From assembly GCA_050331735.1 (NCBI GenBank), contig JBHJGN010000077.1:5062-69061 (forward strand): a stretch of 64,000 nucleotides of DNA. The letters are read 5' to 3'. The stretch comes from Cyanophyceae cyanobacterium (GTDB lineage: Bacteria > Cyanobacteriota > Cyanobacteriia > Cyanobacteriales > JBHJGN01). The notes beneath the pieces were generated by a model. That model worked only from the letters and a program-made list of their open reading frames with translations. It had not been told where the DNA came from and did not search any database. Below are positions 1-9,652 of the stretch, piece after piece (the stretch's first letter is position 1; each line of letters begins with the position of its first letter). The translations under genes and the position numbers were made by a program.

Positions 1-871
1 GAAGTAGTGCGATGGTTGGTCCACTCCACAGCAGATAGTAAGCATTCTTGGCAAAGTCGCCCAGGAAGTATCCTTGGCTCAGCCACTCTTGAAGGCCATC
101 GTCCCAGAGCCAGTTCCCGGCTCCCGCAAAGTGATAGGGGGGATAATTCATCGCTAAATGTCTAGCCCAGAGGTAGTAAGCCACGACTGGAAGCAGCACC
201 AGTCCGGCGGTGATGCCAATCGGAATCAGCCGCTTAGCGGTGAGCTGCTGTTTGCGGTGCAGAATCGCAAAGAGGGCATAGAGCATCGGAATCCCGATCG
301 CTAAGCCAGGAAGCTTGGTCAATACCCCCCACGTACACACCAGAGCAGCCAATACCAGGTAGCGCCAGCGATCGCTTTGCAGATAAACCACGAACAGCCA
401 GAGATTGGTGGTGACGAGGGAAACCATCGCCGGGTCGGGCAGAAACGAGCGCTCGATGAAGATTCCACCCGGGAGTAAGGCCATTACCGCAGCGCTGGCT
501 AAGGCTCGTTCTACGTCCCAGACGCGGCGAGCGAGCTGGTAGAGGGCAAAAATTCCCCAGACTCCAAACACGGCAGCCACAGAGCGTCCGACCCAGTCGT
601 GTTGACCGACAACGGTGTACAGAAGAGCCGCGAGATAGCTAACGGTTTGGAATTCGCGTCCGTTATAGCTTGGTCCCGGTCCATCCCAGCTAATCTCTGG
701 GTAAAAGATATTCCAGCTATGGCGATAGAAATTATCCGCCATCATCGCCGTGCTGGTTTGCCGCCAGCTAAAGACATCAACGAAGGGCTGATCGATGCGG
801 TAAAATCTCAGCGCGGCGGCTAAGGCGAGAATGGCGAGCAAAAGATAGGGGGTGGAAGACTTAAATTTCAT
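1..871 (-). CDS. Glycosyltransferase family 39 (ArnT/PMT-like) integral membrane protein; N-terminal part only, gene runs off the window start
   Basis: Absent from the ORF track because it is open at the window edge. My reverse-strand translation from ATG 871..869 reads MKFKSSTPYLLLAILALAAALRFYRIDQPFVDVFSWRQTSTAMMADNFY... and stays hydrophobic and multi-pass, like ArnT/PMT_2 N-termini. GAGGAG lies just upstream. The ATG overlaps the TGA of the upstream ABC ATPase (ATGA). Confidence 0.65.
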   Translation of the reverse strand, partial: MKFKSSTPYLLLAILALAAALRFYRIDQPFVDVFSWRQTSTAMMADNFYRHSWNIFYPEISWDGPGPSYNGREFQTVSYLAALLYTVVGQHDWVGRSVAAVFGVWGIFALYQLARRVWDVERALASAAVMALLPGGIFIERSFLPDPAMVSLVTTNLWLFVVYLQSDRWRYLVLAALVCTWGVLTKLPGLAIGIPMLYALFAILHRKQQLTAKRLIPIGITAGLVLLPVVAYYLWARHLAMNYPPYHFAGAGNWLWDDGLQEWLSQGYFLGDFAKNAYYLLWSGPTIALL

Positions 872-2109
872 CGACTCCTCTCGTGTCCGTGCAATACGTT
901 GTTCATCCGCCACCGCAGCGGCGGACTCAACACTCCTTGAGCAGATGCTGGTGAGTTAACCTGCAACGAGTACACGTGCCAGTGGTAGTCGTAGGCATAA
1001 GCCCAATCAGTGCGGTACACTCCCACATCTACAAAGTATTGTCCGCCGTTTAGGTCTAGGCGCTCGAGGTGAAGCTGGAGCTGTCCAGTCTCTTGGAGGG
1101 GTGGAAGCGGTGTTTCCTCTGTATGGGTGTCAAAGCAAACCTGAGCGTCTGCACGGCTGATCGAGACGCTGAACCTTGCTGATTCGACTCGTTGAGCCGT
1201 TCGGTACTCAATTTCGATGCTCAGCGGAGCCCCGCTTGGCATGGCTGAAGGCAGCAGCCGCACATCCGTAATTTCGACTTCTAACGAGCCGAAGCGGTTA
1301 TCGTTGACGCGTAGTTCTACCCCAGAGCGAGTGAGCTGAGGTGGTCGGTTGGGGGTACGCTGTTGGGTTTGCGATCGCATTTCGCTCGCGTACTGCCCCA
1401 CCACTACCCGCGGTTCCCCCGAGGCGACGACCTGTCCCTGCTTGAGCCACAGAGCACGATCGCATAGCTTCTCGATTTGCCCGGTGTCGTGAGAAATCAA
1501 GACAATCGCACAGCCTTGTTCTTTGAGTTGGGAAATTCTGTCTAAGCACTTTGCCTGGAACGACAAATCTCCCACTGATAGAAACTCATCCACTAATAGG
1601 ACATCAGGTTCGGTGTGGACAGCAACCGAGAAAGCCAACCTCATCTGCATCCCGGTGCTATAAGTCCGCACTGGGTTATCAATAAACTGCTCTAATTCGG
1701 CAAACTCAACAATTGCTTCAAAGCGTCGCGCGACCTCTCGACGGTCCAACCCGGAAACGATAGCTGTCACAAACAGGTTTTCTCGTCCTGTCAGGTCGGG
1801 GTGAAAGCCAGCTCCCAAATCTAGCAGTGCTCCGATCCGTCCGCGAACCCTCACTCTCCCTACATCAGGACGACCAACGCCACCGATAAGCTGGAGTAGG
1901 GTGGATTTACCAGCTCCGTTGTGACCGATAATTCCTAGCATTTCGCCCGGAAAAACAGTCAAGCTAACATCGCGCAATGCCCAAAAACGTTCAACTGGTC
2001 TTAAGCGCTGAAACCCTGATAGAACTGTCTCCATAATCGTGCGCGGTTGCTCTGTCTGATAGCGGTTAAAGCGCTTGCCTAGTCCCTGGACAACAATAGC
2101 TTCGCGCAT
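868..2109 (-). CDS. Polysaccharide/O-antigen ABC exporter ATP-binding protein (Wzt/TagH-like) with C-terminal beta-rich extension
   Basis: ORF 868..2322 trimmed to ATG 2109 (MREAIVVQGLGKRF), 1 nt after the permease stop. Walker A GHNGAGKST, signature YSTGMQMRLAF, Walker B LLVDEFLSVGD. A roughly 150-aa C-terminal domain follows, as in Wzt proteins that bind the polymer terminus. Confidence 0.85.
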   Translation of the reverse strand: MREAIVVQGLGKRFNRYQTEQPRTIMETVLSGFQRLRPVERFWALRDVSLTVFPGEMLGIIGHNGAGKSTLLQLIGGVGRPDVGRVRVRGRIGALLDLGAGFHPDLTGRENLFVTAIVSGLDRREVARRFEAIVEFAELEQFIDNPVRTYSTGMQMRLAFSVAVHTEPDVLLVDEFLSVGDLSFQAKCLDRISQLKEQGCAIVLISHDTGQIEKLCDRALWLKQGQVVASGEPRVVVGQYASEMRSQTQQRTPNRPPQLTRSGVELRVNDNRFGSLEVEITDVRLLPSAMPSGAPLSIEIEYRTAQRVESARFSVSISRADAQVCFDTHTEETPLPPLQETGQLQLHLERLDLNGGQYFVDVGVYRTDWAYAYDYHWHVYSLQVNSPASAQGVLSPPLRWRMNNVLHGHERSR

Positions 2110-2110
2110 T

Positions 2111-2893
2111 CTACAGTTCCTCCACAAAGCGATCGCTCTGTTGCCGAAAAATATGCAGACCAACCGGAAGAAAGAGAGCGGTGAACCCGCTAATGATGAG
2201 CAGCGGCAGCCACTGGGGTTGGGTGCCACCGAGCAGAACATCTCGATAAGCGGTGACGATATGGACCATTGGGTTGAGAAAATAGAGAGACTGGTAGCCG
2301 CTGGGGACGTTACTGACGGCATAGAAAATGGGGGTGAGATAGAAAAATAGCTGTAGGAGTACCCCTAGAGTGTGCTGCGTATCGCGGAAGGTGACATTTA
2401 AAGCGGCCAGGATATAGGCGAGACTAACGGTAAAGGCGAATTGCAGGGCTTGCAGAATGGGCAGCAACAAGACCGTTGGCTTGAGGGGAATGCCGTCAAT
2501 CAGTAAGAAGACGATTAAAACGGGAAGTGCGAGCAGAAAGTGAATTAACCCGGTCGTGGTAATGACGATTGGCAAAATTTCGTTGGGAAACCCAGGCTGG
2601 CGAATCAAAGGGCGATTGGCAATAATCACTCCAGTAGCCTGAAAGAGTGAGTTTTGAAACCAAGTCCAGACTAGCAACCCCGTAAAGACAAAGGACGCGT
2701 ATTGTGGAATTTCTACCTTCAGCACCAACTGGAAGACAAACGCAAACACGGCCAACTGCAACAGCGGATTAATCAAAGTCCAGGCAACGCCAAGAACGGA
2801 GCGCTTATACAGCAGCTTCATGTCGCGGGCAACTAGTTCCCGCAGCAGATCGGTTAGATAGGGAAAACGCCACCGAGAGCGAGTGTGAACCAT
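2111..2893 (-). CDS. ABC-2 type polysaccharide exporter permease (Wzm-like)
   Basis: 260 aa with about 6 hydrophobic helices and an ABC-2 permease N-terminal pattern (LLRELVARDMKLLYKRSVLGVAWTLINPLL). Sits directly upstream of the ATPase. Confidence 0.85.
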   Translation of the reverse strand: MVHTRSRWRFPYLTDLLRELVARDMKLLYKRSVLGVAWTLINPLLQLAVFAFVFQLVLKVEIPQYASFVFTGLLVWTWFQNSLFQATGVIIANRPLIRQPGFPNEILPIVITTTGLIHFLLALPVLIVFLLIDGIPLKPTVLLLPILQALQFAFTVSLAYILAALNVTFRDTQHTLGVLLQLFFYLTPIFYAVSNVPSGYQSLYFLNPMVHIVTAYRDVLLGGTQPQWLPLLIISGFTALFLPVGLHIFRQQSDRFVEEL

Positions 2894-2906
2894 AGAGAAT
2901 TCTGAA

Positions 2907-5570
2907 CTAGTTGCTAGTTGCTAGATGGTCAACAGTCTGGCGAGCTTGACTTTCCTCTCCGGAGCGTTCCGCCACTGGAAGATAGGGGCGGCTCCGTCCT
3001 TCCCGTTTGACTCGTTGATAGGACTGCCACAGCGACCAAGGACCAGCCAAATTCCCGGTTATTTCTAGCCCCACCAGTGAGAGAGGATAGGTGCTCTGCC
3101 CCAGCAAGCGGTTTTTGATTTGCTCGGCATGGTAGATGGGCAACGCGACTAAAATCTGCACCAGTCCACGCCAGTCACCATCCAGAAGCCAAGTTGTTAG
3201 GTTATAGGAAACGTGTCCTTTGCTGTAGCCGTAGATCTGGCGGCGGAGGGATTCAAGTTGGCGACGGTGTTTGTGCCACACATAGGCCCGTGGCTCATAG
3301 ATAAGCGTGTAGCCAGCTTTGAGCACCTTGTAAAACAAATAGGTATCTTCGCCAACCCCAGACGGCATCCCCGGACCGAGGGTTTCTTCCATCAAACCAA
3401 TCTGGGGATGATGCAGCATACTAGCCCGAAAAGCGGCGTTAGCGGTCGCTCCTAAGCTCCAGGTTGGGATTGCTATTCGGGGGGAAGATTCGAGCCACTC
3501 TCCGTCTACTTCTTTCGGGTCAAAGCCACGCCCCAAACCGCCGTAGGTCTCGAAGAACTGCTGGGGAGAGGTTTCCAACTCAATCGGCAAGACGTGTCCG
3601 GTGACTACCATGACGTCTGGTCTGGCAAAGGGAGCGAGTAACTTTTCTAGCCAGTCGGGAGGCACCGTTACATCATCGTCAGTGGCAACGACAATATCGC
3701 CTGTACTGGCCACAAAGCCAGCATTTCGGGCATAGGCGAGTCCCTGACGTTCTTCGCTCACTAGCTTGACACCGGGAAATTCGGCGACCACGGGTGGCGT
3801 TAAGCCGGAGGCTGGATGGTTATCCACCACAATAATTTCCACCGGGCGAGAGGTGATTTGGGCCATCAGACAGCGCAGACAGTTCCGCAAATCGTCCGGT
3901 CGATCGAAGGTTGCTAAGTTAATCGTGATAGCAACGGGGTCAGGCAGTCGAGACGATGTCGCTGCTTGAGACTGAACGGAGAGTCGGTTTTGCAGCGCAG
4001 TCTGAGCCTGGGACCAACAAACAGCGGTGCTGAGGTCGCTATCCCGATAGAGTAATTGTGGGGCTACTGCGTTGACAAGCGCTTCCCGCAGACGGGCCGC
4101 GCTCACGGGTTGATATTGATGAACAATATCGGCACTTCCGAGAGGCTCGTCATTGCAAGTGATAAAAATTCTGACCTGGAGAGAGTCTGTTACGTCGGTT
4201 AGGGGGTGTATCGGCTGATTTAGCTCAACTCGGCGGACAGCCATCCCACTAGAACCACCTTCAGCGGGGCTTTGAGCGGAGACTGACGTGCCTGGTTCGA
4301 CCGGAGTCAGAAGACCAAAGGTTGTCGCAATGTGAGCCGCGTTGCGGCGGGCTTTGGGATAGCGTGTTAGCCCGATGAAGACACCTTTTAATTCAGCAAC
4401 GACTAAATCCCGTGGCAGTTGAGTGGGATGCTTGAGGGTGATCCACAGGCGGCGGAGATGCCAATACAGCAGCCACCACAGCCCTATTTTGACAAAGGAC
4501 AGGCGCTCCTCCCGGTAGGCTAAAGCTCCGCAGACGAAGTAAGCATACAGGCCAATCCCGTTGTTGGTAATCTGCGATCGCAGCCGAGTATACTCCCGTC
4601 GGTGGCGGTGGCGGATCACGGCCCTTGGTTCGTAAACGAGGGTATGCCCTCCTTTAAGAACTCGCAGGAACATCTCTAAATCTCCGCAGCCGTTGGTAAC
4701 GGTGCCAACATCTAGAGCCGGGTCAAAGACTCCAATCTCAGTAAAGACGCAGCGACGGTAAGCCATATTCGCCCCCGTCCCGAACTGTCCAGTCCCCAAG
4801 AGCTGCCAGGGCATCTGGCCTCGACCCACTCGATACCACTGCCGTTCAAAGCCGCGCCCAAAGCCGCCATACTTTTCAAAGAGAACCTGCGCTTCGGTTT
4901 CTAGCTCGTAGGGCACAACCAGCCCGGTGACGGCCATTACTTCAGGATTTTCGGCAAAAATCTGAGCAAGCGCCTTGACCCAGCCAGGATCGACTACGAC
5001 ATCATCATCGGTGTAGGCAATGATGTCGCCTTTAGCCTCTAGGATGGCGCGATTTCTGGCCCAGTTCAAACCCGGACGCGGTTCGCAAACGTAGCGCACT
5101 GCGGGGAAATTCGGCACCAGCTTCTTCGTAGCGTCGTTCGTTGGGGCGTTATCGACAACCAGGATGTCGAGATGCGGGTAATCTAATTGCTCTAGAGACT
5201 CCAAGCAGAGGGCCAAGTCTGAAGAGCGATCGCGAGTACAAACGGCAACGGTTACCAGCGGATAGTCCTCGGTGTATTCAGGAGGCGGAACCGTCCATAG
5301 ATTCTCCAGGCGCAGTTCTTCCGGCTTGAGTGCTGCCCCCAAACCGTTTTCCAAAAGTTGCTTAATAATGGTCCAGCTATGCTCGGCAAGAATCAGCTTT
5401 TTTAAAGTAGTGGCGAGGCAGCAACCATTCACAATGGGAGCTTTAACAGTGCCGACCGGAACGTTGTGGAGACGAACGAGACCCTGTACACCCATATATC
5501 CGTCTAGATTCTCAATCGTCACCAGCGGACGGCTCAGTTCAATATCAACAATTTTGAGCGGATAAAGCAT
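2907..5570 (-). CDS. Bifunctional glycosyltransferase with two GT2 (GT-A) modules
   Basis: 887 aa. Module 1: VTVAVCTRDRSSDL, ILVVDNAPTND, AYTDDDVVVDPGW. Module 2: AITINLATFDRPDDL, IIVVDNHPASG, VATDDDVTVPPDW. Confidence 0.8.
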   Translation of the reverse strand: MLYPLKIVDIELSRPLVTIENLDGYMGVQGLVRLHNVPVGTVKAPIVNGCCLATTLKKLILAEHSWTIIKQLLENGLGAALKPEELRLENLWTVPPPEYTEDYPLVTVAVCTRDRSSDLALCLESLEQLDYPHLDILVVDNAPTNDATKKLVPNFPAVRYVCEPRPGLNWARNRAILEAKGDIIAYTDDDVVVDPGWVKALAQIFAENPEVMAVTGLVVPYELETEAQVLFEKYGGFGRGFERQWYRVGRGQMPWQLLGTGQFGTGANMAYRRCVFTEIGVFDPALDVGTVTNGCGDLEMFLRVLKGGHTLVYEPRAVIRHRHRREYTRLRSQITNNGIGLYAYFVCGALAYREERLSFVKIGLWWLLYWHLRRLWITLKHPTQLPRDLVVAELKGVFIGLTRYPKARRNAAHIATTFGLLTPVEPGTSVSAQSPAEGGSSGMAVRRVELNQPIHPLTDVTDSLQVRIFITCNDEPLGSADIVHQYQPVSAARLREALVNAVAPQLLYRDSDLSTAVCWSQAQTALQNRLSVQSQAATSSRLPDPVAITINLATFDRPDDLRNCLRCLMAQITSRPVEIIVVDNHPASGLTPPVVAEFPGVKLVSEERQGLAYARNAGFVASTGDIVVATDDDVTVPPDWLEKLLAPFARPDVMVVTGHVLPIELETSPQQFFETYGGLGRGFDPKEVDGEWLESSPRIAIPTWSLGATANAAFRASMLHHPQIGLMEETLGPGMPSGVGEDTYLFYKVLKAGYTLIYEPRAYVWHKHRRQLESLRRQIYGYSKGHVSYNLTTWLLDGDWRGLVQILVALPIYHAEQIKNRLLGQSTYPLSLVGLEITGNLAGPWSLWQSYQRVKREGRSRPYLPVAERSGEESQARQTVDHLATSN

Positions 5571-5589
5571 CGGAATAACCTTTCTAGAT

Positions 5590-7656
5590 CTAGACGAGCA
5601 GTAACAAGCGGTGGAGTAAGTTTCCGACTAGCAGTTTGAAGCCAATGATGGTTTTTCGCTGACTAAAATCCGTCAGGCTGATGTCGTTAACTTGAACAGG
5701 ATACTCGCGCTGATTCGCGAGCGCTAAAGTATTTCCCCCAGTTTGCTGCCGGAGCAACCCTAACAAGCTTTTGGCTGACAGCGTATACAGACCGTACCGC
5801 CAAACAGGAGTTACCCAGTCCGATTTTAGGGCTTGATACAGCCAAAAGAGCGTTTCTTGATGCTTGCCTTGGAGGTGACTTTGACGCGCCAGGTATATAT
5901 AAAAACTACTACAGGACAGACGAAACAGAGCCGAGTTGATTTCTGGATGTTTGTGTCGAATATCCTGCAACATCAGCGAGTGAGATTTTGCCATTGTAGT
6001 GTAGTCTTTGGACATGCTGCCGGATATCTTTCGATAGCCGACGAGGAACTCCGGCACGACACCAAATTGATAATGCTCGGCAATGCGGAGATAAAGCTCC
6101 CAGTCTTCACAGCCTTGAGCCTGCTGTGCTTTTAGCTGGCCGTTATAAGCGCCAAGGCGCTCAATACAGGCGCGTCGGAATAAAGAGGCGCTGGAATTCC
6201 CGATAAAATTATGGCAGATCAGGGTTTTATAAACATTGCCTTCGATGGCGGCAGCTCGGAATTCTCCGGTGAGGACATCGTCCTCATCAATGTCTACTGA
6301 CCAGGAATAAACTAATCCAATAGACGAATCTTGCCTGAGGCGCTGGACCTGTTTTTCCAGGTTCTGGGGATACCAAATATCATCGGCATCGATGGGCGCA
6401 ATCAATTCTCCCCGTGATTTTTCAATGCCTAAATTGCGGGCAGCGGCGACTCCGGCATTGGGCTGCTGAACGAGAACGAGGCGCTGGTCTTGCTGAGCAA
6501 GGGATAAAATGATGTTGGCTGTTTGATCTTCTGAACCATCATCGACCACGATCACTTCTATGTTGCTGTAGGTTTGATTTAGAATAGAATAGAGCGTCTT
6601 TTCAATAAAGCCTTCAGCATTGTAGGCTGGCACAATCACTGAAACGAGAGGCTCGGTTGTGCCGTGACGCTGTTGATGCCAAGCCCAGGCGTGAGCGAGA
6701 ATATCTTCTAGGTCTGGATACTGAGGTTGCCAACCTAACACTTTTCTCGCTTTCTCACTGCTTGCCACTAGAATAGGCGGGTCTCCGGGTCGGCGATCGC
6801 ATTCTTTGACTTCAATATCTTTCCCGGTTATGCCTCTGGCCACCTCGATCAGTTGTCTAACTGAAAAGCCATTGCCGTTGCCCAGGTTAAATACGTCGCT
6901 GCGTCCTTCTCTGAGCAAGTACTCCAGCCCCAACACATGGGCTTGGGCTAGATCGCAGACGTGAATATAGTCCCGAATACAGGTTCCGTCGGCTGTCGGA
7001 TAATCCGTACCGAAGAGAGAAAGACTGTCTCGTTGACCTAAAGCCGCGAGCAAGACGAGGGGAATCAGATGGGGCTCGGGATCGTGATCTTCCCCTAGTC
7101 TGCCTGTTGGGTCTGCCCCAGCAGCATTAAAAAAGCGAAAGATGACTGATTTTAAGCTGTAAGCCTGCTCAAAATCGGCGAGCATTCTTTCGACCGCTAG
7201 CTTGCTGGTTCCGTAGGGATTAATCGGATTTTGCGGATCGTCTTCCCGGATCGGAATGGCGGGCGGCACTCCGTAGGTGGCGCAGGTTGAGGAGAACACC
7301 AGATACTGGACCGAAGCAGCGACCATCGCTTCTAGTAGGGTGAGCGTGGTAGCAACGTTGTTGCGGTAATACTTGGCTGGCTGGGTAAACGACTCGCCGA
7401 CGTAGGCAGAGGCGGCAAAATGGATGACGGCGGAGATCGGGTGGGTTTTAAAGATGCGCTCGAGTAGAGAGCGATCGCCAACGTCCCCAATGACTAGTTC
7501 GGTTTGCCAGTCTTGAGCAACAAAGTCTGGATGCCCGCAGGTTAAGTTATCAAGAACAACCATCCGATAGCCTTTACTGCGTAAGACCTGTACAGCATGA
7601 GAGCCAATGTATCCAGCTCCGCCTGTTACCAGCAACGTTGACTGATTGTGAAACAC
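5590..7656 (-). CDS. Fusion protein: UDP-glucose 4-epimerase (GalE-like, N-terminal ~335 aa) + GT2 glycosyltransferase (C-terminal ~350 aa)
   Basis: GTG start. Rossmann motif TGGAGYIGSH and catalytic YGTSK in the first third. This continues in frame into VSVIVPAYNAEGFIEKTL, VVDDGSED and DADD, which are typical of GT2. Confidence 0.8.
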   Translation of the reverse strand: MFHNQSTLLVTGGAGYIGSHAVQVLRSKGYRMVVLDNLTCGHPDFVAQDWQTELVIGDVGDRSLLERIFKTHPISAVIHFAASAYVGESFTQPAKYYRNNVATTLTLLEAMVAASVQYLVFSSTCATYGVPPAIPIREDDPQNPINPYGTSKLAVERMLADFEQAYSLKSVIFRFFNAAGADPTGRLGEDHDPEPHLIPLVLLAALGQRDSLSLFGTDYPTADGTCIRDYIHVCDLAQAHVLGLEYLLREGRSDVFNLGNGNGFSVRQLIEVARGITGKDIEVKECDRRPGDPPILVASSEKARKVLGWQPQYPDLEDILAHAWAWHQQRHGTTEPLVSVIVPAYNAEGFIEKTLYSILNQTYSNIEVIVVDDGSEDQTANIILSLAQQDQRLVLVQQPNAGVAAARNLGIEKSRGELIAPIDADDIWYPQNLEKQVQRLRQDSSIGLVYSWSVDIDEDDVLTGEFRAAAIEGNVYKTLICHNFIGNSSASLFRRACIERLGAYNGQLKAQQAQGCEDWELYLRIAEHYQFGVVPEFLVGYRKISGSMSKDYTTMAKSHSLMLQDIRHKHPEINSALFRLSCSSFYIYLARQSHLQGKHQETLFWLYQALKSDWVTPVWRYGLYTLSAKSLLGLLRQQTGGNTLALANQREYPVQVNDISLTDFSQRKTIIGFKLLVGNLLHRLLLLV

Positions 7657-8284
7657 TGAATACCTGCTCTTAAGACTTGCTCAAAATCATTTCAGAGTCT
7701 TAGACAGGCGATGGCAGCAATAGATGGGCAATTCCATACTTTTGTCTAATCAGCTTGTGACTTTTTTCGATCTTTCAAAGAGTATCAAATTTGGCATGTT
7801 TTTGAAGCATTTAAGTAATTACGATAACTAATCAGTTATTGGTTTATTCATGTGAAATGTGACTATTGACTGGCAAATCAGTATCTAAAGCGACAGAGGC
7901 AGAAATTTCAAGGTTTCTTCTGAATTAAAAAGTGAGTTAATTAGATGCTTTATTGATGATTAAGTGTGGTAAAAGATTAGCTTGCTGAACGCAGCCCCCG
8001 GAAGTGATTCCGGGTGAACGTTTAGAACCAGTTAGCAAACCAACGTCTCGATACCACAAGTCTTCTTGCCCGTATCCTTTGAACATTGCTAACTACAGGT
8101 ATTTGCTATTAGTAAATTATCTGCGCCTCTAGATCAAACTTCAGGGTTCATGCTGAGCTAACCTTAAACGTTAGTTAATCAAGGAATCATCGATAATTTG
8201 AAGGCGTAAGCTCGACGGACGGTTCGAGTGCTGAAGCTTCTGACCGCTGAACGTTGAGAAACTAACCCAGTAAGGAGAAACGGC

Positions 8285-9652
8285 ATGACCACTCTGCTAG
8301 TCAAAAACATTCGGACGCTAGTCACAATGGATGAGTCGCGACGGGAAATTGAACAGGGAGCTTTGTTCATTCGGGATAACGTTATCGAGCAGGTGGGTAA
8401 GACGGCAGAGCTACCGCCAACGGCGGATGAAGTTTTAGACTTACAGAATCGTTACGTTGTCTTGCCGGGTTTAGTCAATACGCACCATCATTTTTTCCAA
8501 ACCCTCACTCGCGCCGTTCCCAACACCCAAAACAAAGAACTGTTTGGCTGGCTCCAAGGTCTTTATCCCCTGTGGTCGAATCTGACCGCAGAAGGGGTTT
8601 ACGTCAGTGCTCAAATGGCGGCGGCGGAACTCATTCTCTCTGGCTGCACGACAGCGAGCGATCACCTCTACCTGTATCCCAACGGCGCTCGCTTAGACGA
8701 CGAAATCCAGGCCATTCAGGAGATTGGCCTGCGCTTTCATGCTAGTCGGGGCAGCATGAGCGTGGGTGAAAGTCAAGGCGGACTCCCCCCCGATTCTTTA
8801 ACTGAATCAGAAGCCGACATTCTCAAAGATTCCCAGCGACTTATTGAACAGTATCACGACAACAGCCGACACTCGATGCTGCGAATGGTGCTGGCTCCGT
8901 GTTCTCCTTTTTCGGTATCTCAAGACCTGATGCGAGAATCGGCTCAGCTTGCTCGCGCCTATCCGGGGGTGAGACTGCACACCCATTTGGCAGAAACTCA
9001 GCCGGATGTCGCCTACAGCTTAGAAAAATTCGGCACGATCCCCGGCGATTACGCCGAAGCGGTCGGCTGGCTAGGGAACGATGTGTGGCACGCTCACTGC
9101 GTTCACCTCAGTGACGAGTCGATTGGTAAATTTGCCCGCACTGGTACAGGAGTCGCTCACTGTCCGGGGAGCAACATGCGTCTGGCTAGCGGCATCGCTC
9201 CGGTCAGGAAAATGCTCAATCGGGGAGTTCCAGTGGGTCTAGGAGCAGATGGTGCCGCTTCTAACGATGCGACTAATCTGCTCAACGAAGCGCGGCTGGC
9301 CATGCTGTTGGCTCGCGTTGGCAGCGGCGATCCCCTGGCGCTGACGGCTCGCCAAGTCCTGGAACTGGCCACTCGTGGAGGCGCTCGCGTTTTAGGGCGA
9401 GACGATGTTGGCTATCTGGCTCCCGGCATGTCTGCCGACTTTATTGCCTTTAACTGCGATCGCCCTCACTTTGCCGGTGCTCTCCATGATTTGGTAGCCG
9501 CGCTGGTGTTCTGCCACTCCGACAGCGTTGACTACAGCTTCATCAACGGCAAAAAGATTGTCGAGCGGGGACGATTGACCACCGTTGAACTAGAGCCGCT
9601 AGTCGAAAAAAACAACCAACTCGCTCAGAAACTAGCTAATGGGGAAAGGTAA
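8285..9652 (+). CDS. Amidohydrolase-superfamily deaminase, 8-oxoguanine deaminase-like
   Basis: LPGLVNTHHHFFQTLTR, LSGCTTASDH, LAPCSPFSVS, RLHTHLAET, HCPGSNMRLASG, GADGAASND. Collinear, from memory, with characterised 8-oxoguanine deaminase. GGAG RBS before the ATG. Confidence 0.75.
   Translation: MTTLLVKNIRTLVTMDESRREIEQGALFIRDNVIEQVGKTAELPPTADEVLDLQNRYVVLPGLVNTHHHFFQTLTRAVPNTQNKELFGWLQGLYPLWSNLTAEGVYVSAQMAAAELILSGCTTASDHLYLYPNGARLDDEIQAIQEIGLRFHASRGSMSVGESQGGLPPDSLTESEADILKDSQRLIEQYHDNSRHSMLRMVLAPCSPFSVSQDLMRESAQLARAYPGVRLHTHLAETQPDVAYSLEKFGTIPGDYAEAVGWLGNDVWHAHCVHLSDESIGKFARTGTGVAHCPGSNMRLASGIAPVRKMLNRGVPVGLGADGAASNDATNLLNEARLAMLLARVGSGDPLALTARQVLELATRGGARVLGRDDVGYLAPGMSADFIAFNCDRPHFAGALHDLVAALVFCHSDSVDYSFINGKKIVERGRLTTVELEPLVEKNNQLAQKLANGER

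Noticed and set aside
599-823. 74-aa plus-strand ORF from the track
   Set aside because: It lies antisense inside a much longer, edge-truncated minus-strand reading frame that translates into a convincing GT39/ArnT-like membrane protein. The plus-strand product has no recognisable features.
2110-2322. N-terminal 71-aa extension of the ABC ATPase ORF (track start 2322)
   Set aside because: The extension overlaps the Wzm permease gene out of frame and is low-complexity. ATG 2109 (MREAIVVQGLGKRF) gives a normal ABC ATPase N-terminus directly after the permease stop.
8150-8284. Possible riboswitch or tRNA-like element upstream of the deaminase gene (GGTTCGAG, CTCGA-N9-TCGAG hairpin)
   Set aside because: I could not fit a purine, xanthine or guanidine riboswitch consensus or a tRNA cloverleaf by eye. 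A covariance-model scan (Rfam/Infernal) of 7657-8284 would be needed. Left unannotated.
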